Notes under the pieces: model-generated
What the model saw: only the letters and a program-made list of their open reading frames with translations
Databases searched by the model: none
Told to the model about the DNA's origin: nothing
Program-made: the position numbers and the translations under genes
Shown: positions 11,201-20,300 of the stretch, in pieces
Position numbering within the stretch: the first letter of the stretch is position 1
Layout of the letters: each line of letters opens with the position of its first letter
Assembly: GCA_014905635.1 (NCBI GenBank)
Contig: JABVCE010000019.1
Coordinates: 1 to 64,000 of the forward strand
Direction of reading: 5' to 3'
DNA from: Scenedesmus sp. PABB004
Taxonomy: Eukaryota
DNA: 64,000 nucleotides

Positions 11201-13133
11201 AACTCAACAAAACTGATCAACTTTGCAGGTGCTCATCTGGATATTCTTGGAACACCACATCGTTGGCGTGCCAAGGTTGGTAGCTGGGTTAAATGATTCA
11301 ACTTTTGTGGCTAACCTGGTGTTTCAATTGCTTGTTTAGTTTTGTTTGACGCCCATTTTCTCTCCGCCCGCAGACATCAACGGCTGTGTGAACAACACGT
11401 GCGCCGCTGTGGCCAACTCGGACGGCAGCTGCACAGACGTGCCTGCCCCGGGAACCGGGTACGTGTGTGGCTGCACCTCGGGCCGCGCATACGACGCTAC
11501 AACCAACGCATGCACAGGTGGGTATGTGCCAGCACGTGAATTCGGCACCGCAGCTTTCTGCTGTGCTGCTGCTGCGCTGCCGGGGGCCCCACCCTGGGTT
11601 TGTGGTACTCTGCTCGCAGACATTGATGGCTGCACGGGCAACCCATGCGACGGCACGACCAACGCCATCAATGGTACCTGTGCCGACGTGGCAGCTCCTG
11701 GCACTGGCTTCACGTGCCAGTGAGTGCGCGCCGTGCCCCAGGGGGAGGGGGTGCTGCTGCTGCTCTCGACCACCAACCAACCATCACACACAAACCAGCA
11801 ACAAATTCCCTGACCAATCTCGCAGGTGCTCATCTGGATATTTCTGGAACACCACATCTTGCCAAGGTTTGTAGCTGGCTGCATGTTTTCATGGTTTTTG
11901 GCAAATATGTGTGTCAACTGTGTTGACGCCCATTTTTCACCTGCCCGCAGACATCAACGGCTGTGTGAACAACACGTGCGCCGCTGTTGCCAACTCGGAC
12001 GGCAGCTGCACAGACGTGCCTGCCCCGGGAACCGGGTACGTGTGCGGCTGCGCCTCGGGCCGTGCATATGATGCTACAGCCAACACATGCGCAGGTGGGT
12101 GTGCCAGCGCTCGTCGTCGTTGGGCTGCCCTGACAGTAGCTCTCCGCTGCTGTACTGCTGTGCTGCTGGGCTGCCTGGGCCCACCCTGGGGTCACAGTCA
12201 TGGCACGCTGCTCGCAGACATTGATGGCTGCACGGGCAACCCATGCGACGGCACACCCAACACCATCAATGGTACCTGTGCCGACATGGCAGCGCCTGAC
12301 ACAGGCTACACGTGCAACTGCACTGCGGCCTTTGTGTGGGACCCGATCTCCAAGTCCTGCCTGCGTAAGCTGGGAGCATGGGAGCGCTGTGCTCAATGCG
12401 CCGGGTGTCGGCGCGCGCGCTCACGCCCTGCTGCACCGCGCCGCTGCCGGTTCGTCACAGCTGCGGCGCTCGAGGGCTTCTACAATCCTGACACCTACAA
12501 AGTGATGCAGACATGCCAGACGGCGGCATGCCAGGGTTGGGTGAAGAGCGGAGAACGGAACATCTACTCTGTGCCTGCCGACACGCCCAACGTGCCCGCG
12601 TGGCGTCCCAACTACCGGGCCAACACCACCAATGGACAGGAGTTTGCGCTGGAGACGACGGGCCCCAACTGTGTTGACATCTGCAACAGCGCCCCCTGCG
12701 GTTCTGCACAGGGCAACAGTAAGTCACTGAAACTTTAGGAGACGCCAGACAGTGCGTGCCCTCCGCCGCTTGACAATGCGCCGCCCTCCGCGCGCTGCCG
12801 CAGTCATTCAATATGGGTGCCATTACGGGTCTAACCAGCGCTGGTACTGGGCCTCCACAGCTGAGGCCAATGGCGGCCGCCTGCTGAAATCAGTGAACTC
12901 TGGAAAGTGCCTGTTGGCCTGCCCAGCGGTCAGCAGCTACTGCAACTTTATCGGAGATGTCTCCACGGCGCCGTGTGATGCTAACGACCCCAACCAGCGC
13001 TGGGTTTACGTGGCACCAGGTGCGCTGATGGATTGGCGCGGTTGTTGATTGCTGTTGCCAGTCCGCAGCGGCGAGCCTGCTCAGCAATGACCCTCGTCCG
13101 TCCCTGCCTGGCCCCTTCCCAGCTTCGCCGTGA
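5152..13133 (+). CDS. Large multi-exon secreted Cys-rich protein: signal peptide, 7 CxDG..ET.VDCGG repeats, (SP)n stalk, ~16 EGF-like repeats, C-terminal ricin-B-like lectin
   Basis: Signal-like stretch ALLGLALMLAAATAAHA. Repeats such as CFDGIKNGDETDVDCGG lie at ~5940-7980 and PSPSPSPSS at 8083-8165. DxNGCxxNPC..C.DVPAPGxGYTCxC exons span 8258-12365. QRW motifs and LKSVNSGKCL lie at 12804-13019. GT-AG introns throughout; proposed stop 13131-13133. Confidence 0.85.
11014..12300 (+). repeat. Recent tandem duplication (~580-600 bp unit, two EGF modules plus introns)
   Basis: The intron/exon sequence gacgcccatttt...cccgcagACATCAACGGCTGTGTGAACAACACG occurs at 11348 and 11926. The split exon gcagGTGCTCATCTGGATAT occurs at ~11225 and ~11822. 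Confidence 0.9.
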
Positions 13134-13470
13134 ACAGGCCAAGGAGGGAGATAGATGAAGGAGAGGGACTCGGGGAGGTGGGCTGGCACACTACTGAGCT
13201 GGCCTGACGGCTTTGTGCCCTGTCCTGATGAATGCGCAGGCGCGAGGGCTGGTCGGCATTGCCATGGTCAGCAGCCCGGCGGCAAAGGCAAGGCAAGGAA
13301 AGGTGTGGGGTCCCGTTTGGTGCAACCAGCCTTGCTGTGCGCATCGCAGAGAACGTCGTTTTACGGAAAGACTTGCTTGAGGTAAAGACCCACCTAGTGT
13401 GCGTCTGGGCGTCGGGTGCTTGTGAATGCGGCGCCAGCGCTCGGCAGTTCGCGCGCCCCGGCTCTGGTGC

Positions 13471-15351
13471 TCACACCCCGAGGTCGCCCCCGGTAATGGT
13501 CCCGCGCCCTTCAAGGGCGGCGCCAATGGTAACAGGATGCCGATGTACAGGCTGACGGCCAGAGGGGCCACCAACATCCGAACGCAGTCGCCACAGCTCC
13601 GCAACATAGGTCGCTGCCGCCCGCGCCGTATCAGGGTGCGCAAGGCAGGGCCCAAGCAACCACTGCCGTGCGCGCTGCAGGTCGCCGCGTACTGCCGCGC
13701 TGTCCGTGTCCGCCGCTGTGCCGGCCGAGTCCGCTGCCAAATCGCCAGCTGCCGCAGCCGCCGGGGCAGGCAACGCCGGCACGCCGCCTACGCCCGCCTT
13801 CCTCAGCTCCAACTCCATGTTGGCTGCCACAGCCGCCGGGTGGAGGCCGCGGGCGGGCAGACGCGGCGCCGCCCGCATCGCCTGCAGAAGCGATGCCAGC
13901 TTGCCCGCGCGACCTGGGGCGGGGCAGCTGAAGAGGAAGTGGGCAGTAGTCTCGGCCGCCGGGGCGCCGACCCCGGCGGCCTGGCACGTGGGGCACGCAG
14001 CGCGCAGCCGCGCAGCCGCCGCGCTGCCGCGCTGATAGCCGTGCTCTGCGGCCAAGCCTGCGCATTCAGCGCGCAGGCGCAGAAGCAGCTGCGCGGCCGC
14101 GCCGCGCCGGTCGTTGGAGAGGTCAGCGAGGTAGCGCCGGGGCTGGGGTTTGTAGTGCCGCAGCTCACCGGGCCCAAAGGCCCGCGTGTAGCGTGCTGCA
14201 ATGCCGTCGGCGTTGGCAGCCGCGCTGCGCCGCCACGCTGCCGCGACGTACGCCCCCGCGCGCCGCGCGATGTGCTGCGCAAAGCTCATGGCGTCCCAGG
14301 CAAACGCGCCCGCTGCAAGCCCCCAGCTGCGTGCCAGACCGTCCAGCGCACTAGCCCAGCCGGCATCGTGGCCCCACGCCCGCAGCGCACGCACCACCAG
14401 GCGGTCAGCGGGCAGGTGGCGCAGCCTGTGCCAGTAGCGCAGCGCCGCCGCGGCGCATGTGACATGCAGCGGCACGACGCCCAGCTCCTGCTGTAGGCAG
14501 ACTTGCGTAGCGTTTGGCGGGCATCCCAGCGCCCACGCCACCGTCTGCGTCTGCCACGAGTCAAGCTGCCGCCGCTGCGCCGCCGTGTCCCGGGACCAGA
14601 CCTGTGCAGCGTATGTGACGCAGGGCTGCACAACCGCTGTGAGCGCAAGGCGCCGCACAGAGAGAGGCAGGCGCGGGTCGCGCAGCACGCCCTGTTGCGC
14701 GCGCGCCGCGCGGCCAGCCTGCCGCAACCTATGCTCCAGGTGTGCGCCCCAGCTCGCGTCGTCCGTGAGGACGACGCCGAGGTACGTGTAGGTGCGAACC
14801 GCAGGGATGGCCATGCCGCCGGCAGTGCCCCACCACCATTGCTGCTGCGACGTTGCCGCCGCTGCCGCCGCCTCGGCCGCCGCCGCTGCCGCTGCAGCGC
14901 TGCGACGCGCGCTCAGCGACCGCGGTCGCGCCCGCACCACCATGATGGCCGTCTTGGACGCGTCGCTGGCATCAACGCTGGCCTTGAGCCGCCAGCGGCT
15001 AAGCGCAGCATGCGTGACGTCGGTAAGGCTCTGCATCTCCTCCGGCGAGCCAGCCACGGCCGCACAGTCGTCCGCGTACGCCAGCGCAACGAGCTTATCG
15101 TCGGGCTCCGTAGCCGAAGCCTGCGTAGCGACCCCAGCCGGCAGCGCGGCGGCCGGCGCAGGGAGCGGCACACCCGGGTGCGCCGCCCATACCTCGCGCA
15201 GCACCGCGTCGATGAACACGGTGAACATGGTGGCGGCCAGCGTGTCGCCCTGCTCCCAGCCCATGCCCGGCTGGTAAGCCGCCGACAGCGCGCCGCGGTG
15301 CAGCACGCGGCTGCGCGGGCCGCCCGTCATCTGCGCCAGCACGCGGAAGAG
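13471..15351 (-). mobile_element. 5'-truncated non-LTR retrotransposon (3' half of RT plus C-terminal Zn finger), related to 17315-23071
   Basis: LFRVLAQMT...GWEQGDTLAATMF...LAYADDCAA...YTYLGV...CPTC..ETTAHFLFSC is colinear with the C-terminal half of the 1911-aa ORF. Homology stops abruptly at ~15351. Confidence 0.93.
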
Positions 15352-15366
15352 CAGCATATGTCGACC

Positions 15367-16152
15367 CACCTTGTACGTGTCGGGGTTGTAAAAGCCTTGG
15401 ACGACGTGCCAACATACCAGCTTGGCAACCAAGAGACCGAGGCAACGACCAGTTCGCGCTCGTGACGACGAACTGGCAGGGCGCCTTCTGCGTCGACATA
15501 TGCAACAGCGCAGACTGCGGTGACGTCCACGGCAACAGTGAGTAGGACAGGAATACAAACGCTTTTGCGGTTTGCTGCGTTTTGTTGCTTTTGTGCTGAC
15601 CTGCCTGCTGCTTGTTGTCAACAGCAGTGCCCACCCTCCACCGCTTGACGATGCGCCGCTCTCCGCCGCGCGCGCTGCCGCAGTCATTCAATACAGCTGC
15701 CAGTGAGTGAGGGCAGGGGTTCTGCCGCGCGCGCTGCCGCAGGGGGCGCCCTGGCGCGCGGCGGCGGGGCGCGGCGGCGTGCCGTGCCACGCCGCGCGCC
15801 TCGTGCGTGGGCGCTGCGCTTCACTGCAGTTGGGCGCCCCACACGCTCGGCGTGCTGCCCGTCGCGCAGTTATGGACCCAACCAGCTGTGGTACTGGAAT
15901 TCCACAGCAGACGGCTTTGGCGGGCGCCTGCTGCGCAGCGTGAGCTCTGGCAGGTGTGTGACCGCATGCCCGGAGGCCAACACGTACTGCAACTTTGTTG
16001 GCGATGTGTCTACGGCGCCATGCAACGCGACCGACCCCACCCAGCGCTGGGCCTACAAGGCACCAGGTGTGGCTGATGCGCATGACCCTGTGCCAACTTC
16101 CGCCAGCGCCAACCTCACACGCCCTACACCGCTCGCAGGGTCGGTCCCTTGA
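15367..16152 (+). pseudogene. Second, rearranged copy of the C-terminal ricin-B-like lectin module
   Basis: + strand exons ANIPAWQP..QFALVTT..CVDICNS (15407-15537), IQYSC (15684-15702) and HYGPNQLWYW...QRWAYKAP (15870-16066) parallel 12461-13019. The GFYNPDTYKV part lies inverted at 15367-15402. Confidence 0.8.
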
Positions 16153-17314
16153 CAATGATGATGGTGGTGGTGGAGGAGTTGGTGACGTTGAGTCGTTGCA
16201 AACAAATGCAGGCTTCTGGACAATCTGCCTGGACGCACAGTCAGCATGAATCGTTGCTGTGCATTTGCTGGTGCATCTCAAGCTGAGGGCAAGCAGCATG
16301 AGCAACACTGCAGTGTGCTTCTCCAGCAGCATTGCGTCGTTGAGCCGGGCCTGGCGGCTGGCGGCTGGGCTGCGGCGCCCGCCGCGCCGCCCCCTCCGCC
16401 GGAGCCTGCAGGGAGCTGAACAGGCTCGCCCTCGGGGTTGTTCGCCCGGGCGGCGTGCTGCTCACCTGCTCTTGCAGCGGACCCAGAGTGGTGGCCTGGC
16501 CTTCATTGCCGTCGACGCGGCCCGCAAAGCGGAGCAACAAGTTGTACTGCTGGGCCACGCCGACGCTGTGCCGGATCGCCCCCTGCATACAATGAGGGCG
16601 AGAACCTTGCCACACTCATGTCATGGACAGAACTTGGGGTGGCTCCCGGGAGGCCATTGCGTGCCGAAAAGCCAGGACCAGCGCCACACCAGACCCGATC
16701 TCAACCCACACGCGCAGCGCCAGAGGCGCGCGAGCCCGCGCGGAGCCAGTCGGCCGTGGCGGGCTGCCCGCCAACGGCTAGTTCCGTTCGGCCGCGCGCG
16801 CGCCCGTGAGGGCGCGCGCGCCTGCTCAGAGCGCGTTTTCGTGAGGCTGGAGGCGTGAGGGCAGCCGCGGCGGGCCCGCCGCGAGCGCGGCGGGCCTGCA
16901 GCGTGCGGCAGCAGCAGCGCAGCGACCACGGCAGCGGCAGCGGCGACGGCAAGGCGACTGACGGCGTGCCCAGCGCAATGCGGACCCCTTGACCTTCAAG
17001 GGGGCTGCACTGCGCCGGAGGCGCACGCTGTCGGTCACGCTGGAGCAACGGCAGCAGCGGCGGCAGCGGCAGCGGGCGGGTGCCCCGAGAGCGACAGCGC
17101 TGGCGCAGGAGACGTCTGGCCCGCCAGCGGCAGCGTGCACACCCCTAAGACGCGCCACGCCGCCGGACCCAGCCGGACTCCCCTGCACAGCGCAGCCGCT
17201 AGGCGGGGCGCTCGCCTGCCAGCCGCGGCCGCCGCTGCAGCTCGCCCAGCACCTGCCAACGCCCACGCTCACCGCGCGCACGCGGCTGCCCCACCCTCCA
17301 GCTACTGACACACC

Positions 17315-20300
17315 ATGCAGGACCACAGGGACGCAGGAACGGAGGCGGCTGCAGCCGGCGTCAGGGCCACAGCGGCCACGCCGGGCTCGCCTGCCGTGCG
17401 CCCCTGTGGTCCTGGCGTCGGCGGGCCGCTCTACGTGTGCGTGGGCGGCGCGTGGCGGACCATCACCAGCGACAAGCTCGGGGTTGGGCCGTCCGCCGCC
17501 GGGCCCGCACCGGGGCCGGACTACGCCTGGGTGGAGGGGGCCTGGCGCCGCGCGGCGGCCCTGCCGACCCCGGCGGGGCCGCCGGAGCGGCGTGCTGGGG
17601 GCGCGCGCCTGCCCGGCAGCACTGGCCGCGCGCGCGCTGCACCCACCGCCGCACCTGCCCACGCGCCGCCTGCCACCGCCGCCCGCCGCCGCACGACAGG
17701 TCATGCCCAAGGCCGCCCCGCGGCGGTCGCGCAGCGTGCGGCCCCGCCTTGTGCGCTGGGGCTCTCTGCCCTGGTGTTTGGCGTCGGCCCCGAGGATGCC
17801 ATCGACGGCGGCAACCCCGCGCGCAGCAAGCTCTCCGAGGCCGTCCGGCGGGCTATTGCAGCGGGGGCTGATGCCGACACGCTCACGTTGGCGGCGGCCG
17901 CGCTGGCCGCGGGGCGCATGCAGTGGATGGGCAGCACGCGTGCGGCGCAGCGCCGCCGCGTCATGCGTGTGCGCCTGCAGCGCATCCCCAGCGCCCACCG
18001 CGCTGCGCTGCTCCAGCACCGCGCGGCGCTGGCGGCGGCGCTGCGCACGCAGCTCGGCTGGCGCCTCGTGGTCTGCGAGGACGGCCGCGCCCTGCCTGCT
18101 CAGCCGCCCCTGCCCACAGACGCCAACCCCTACGCAGCGCTCGCCGATGCTGCCGCCGCCGAGGCGGCGCCGGACAGCGGCGCCGAGTGCCGCGCGGCTC
18201 CCCCGCGCCTGCACGGCAGCATTGTGTGCAAGCACTTTGCTGGCCACGGCGACTTCTACGGCGTGGTGCTCAAGATCCGCGGCGCCCGCGGCCCCTACGC
18301 CTACCGTGTGCACTACACCGACGGCGAGGACGAGACGATGACGGAGGAGGAGGCGCGGGGCCACCTTGCCGGCAGCGTACCAGCAGCGCACGCGGTGCAC
18401 GCGCTGCGCGCGCGCCTGCTGCCGCCGACGCCCGCAGATGGCGTGGTCGTCAAGAAGTACTTCCGGTCGCACCGGCAGCACTTTTACGGCGTGCTCACCG
18501 TCCGGCCGCCCTTCTTTGCCGTAGCCTACACCGACGGCGACGCGGAGGACATGGACGCCGACGAGGCTGCGCGGCACGCGGTCGCCGACGCGCCCGAGCT
18601 CGCGCCGCACTGGGCCGGGCTCGCCGCGCGCGGCGCGCGCGCTGACCTCTACCCCCTTGCCGCCGCCGCGGCCGCTCAGCTCGCGCTTGGCGCCGACGCG
18701 CCCGAGGCGGCGCCGGCCGCTGCGGCCGCCGCCCCGGCTGCCGGGGCGGCGGCCGCCGACGTGCCGCTCGCGCCGGAGCGCGTCCCGGCGGCCGACAACG
18801 CAGCGCGGGCGCGCCGCGCGTGTCCCGCCTACACCGACCGCCGCATGCGCCGCCGCCACACAGGCCTCGTACGCGCCGCCAACCTGGCGTGGGCCCGCGC
18901 GGGGCTCCGCGTGGCGTGCATCAACGTCTGCGGCATGACCAGGCTGCAGGCTGCCGAGCTCGCCGCTGCTACGACGGCGCTCTGCATCGACATCCTCGCC
19001 GTCGTCGAGACCTGGGAGGGCCACCCCTGCGTCGCCCACGAGCTGCCTGGCTACACCTTCATCGGCAAGCCGCGCAGCCGGGGGCAGGGCGGGGGCGTGG
19101 GCTTTTACGTCGCGCGCGCGCTGGCCCCGCTCGTGCGCGCGCACGCCGACACGCAGCTGCCCGAGGCGCTCTGGCTGGAGCTGCGCCGCGGCGGCAGCGC
19201 CGCGACCGCGCGGCCGGCGTCTGTCGGCGTCGTCTACCTGCCGCCGGCGTCGCTGGAGAGCGCCGCGCTGCGGGCCGACACCTACGCGCAGCTGCAGACG
19301 GACATCCAGAGGTTCCAGGAGCGGGGCGCGGTGCTGGTGCTGGGCGACTTCAACAGCCGCGTGGGCAGCAGCGCGCCAGCGGAGCAGCAGGCGGACCAGC
19401 CGCCGGCGCGCATCGGGCAGTGGGGGGAGAGCGGCGCGCCCGACGCGGCGGGCCAGGCCCTGCTGGCCATGCTCGACGCCACTGACCTGTACGCCCTCAA
19501 CGGGCGCGCGCCCACCGCCACCGGCCTGCCTGCCTACACCCGCGCCCGCCTCGTGTGCGGCGCTGACGGCACGCACACCGAGCAGTGCTCGGTGCTCGAC
19601 TACGTCCTCGCGCCCGCGGCGTGGGCGCTCCCCTCCAGCCGCGGCCCGGCGCCCTGCGCCCTGACCGTGGCCGACGATCGGCGCATCACCAAGTCTGACC
19701 ACCTGCTGCTGTGGACCTGCCTGCCTCACCCCGCCGCCCGCGCGCGCGCCCCCGCGGGCCTGCGCCGCCGCGTCGCGCGCACCGACCTGCTCAAGCCGGT
19801 CCCGGGGCAGCGCGATGCGGGGCATGCCGATGCCTACCGCGCGGAGCTCGCCGACGCGCTGGCCGACTATGCCGACGACGTGGCTGCCCTCGCCGACCAG
19901 GTGGGCAGCGCGCTGCTGCCGGCGCGCGAGGCGTGCGCGCGCGCCAAGGCTGCGCTGTGCGATGCCATTTGGACGGCGGTCGATGGCAGCGTCGGCTACA
20001 GGGAGGTGCGCTCGGGCGGTCGCGGCGGCAGCGCCGCCGCCGCGCGGCGCATCTTCACGCCGGCGGTCCAGGCCGCCGTGCAGGCGCGCCGCGACGCCGA
20101 TGTCGCGCTGGCGGCCGCCCGGGGGGCGGCCGCCGGCGGCGACGCTGACGCCGCCCCTGCCCAGGCTGCTGCCGAGCTTGCCGCCGCGCGGGACCAGCTG
20201 TGCGCCGCACAGCGGGCTGTCAAGTCCGCCGTGGCGGCTGCGCGCGCAGCGGAGCTCGGCCGCCGCGTTGACGCGGTTCACGCCCGTCACGCGGCAGGCG

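Noticed and set aside
15410..15687. N-terminal extension of the 738-aa RT ORF
   Set aside because: It is an antisense read-through of + strand lectin exon and intron sequence; LINE homology begins only at ~15351.
16566..16578. Possible target-site duplication ctgtgccggatcg vs ctgtgcctgatcg (23073-23085)
   Set aside because: The match is 12/13, but joining the flanks does not restore the expected CC-terminated module. It could be chance and needs family 5'-end alignment.
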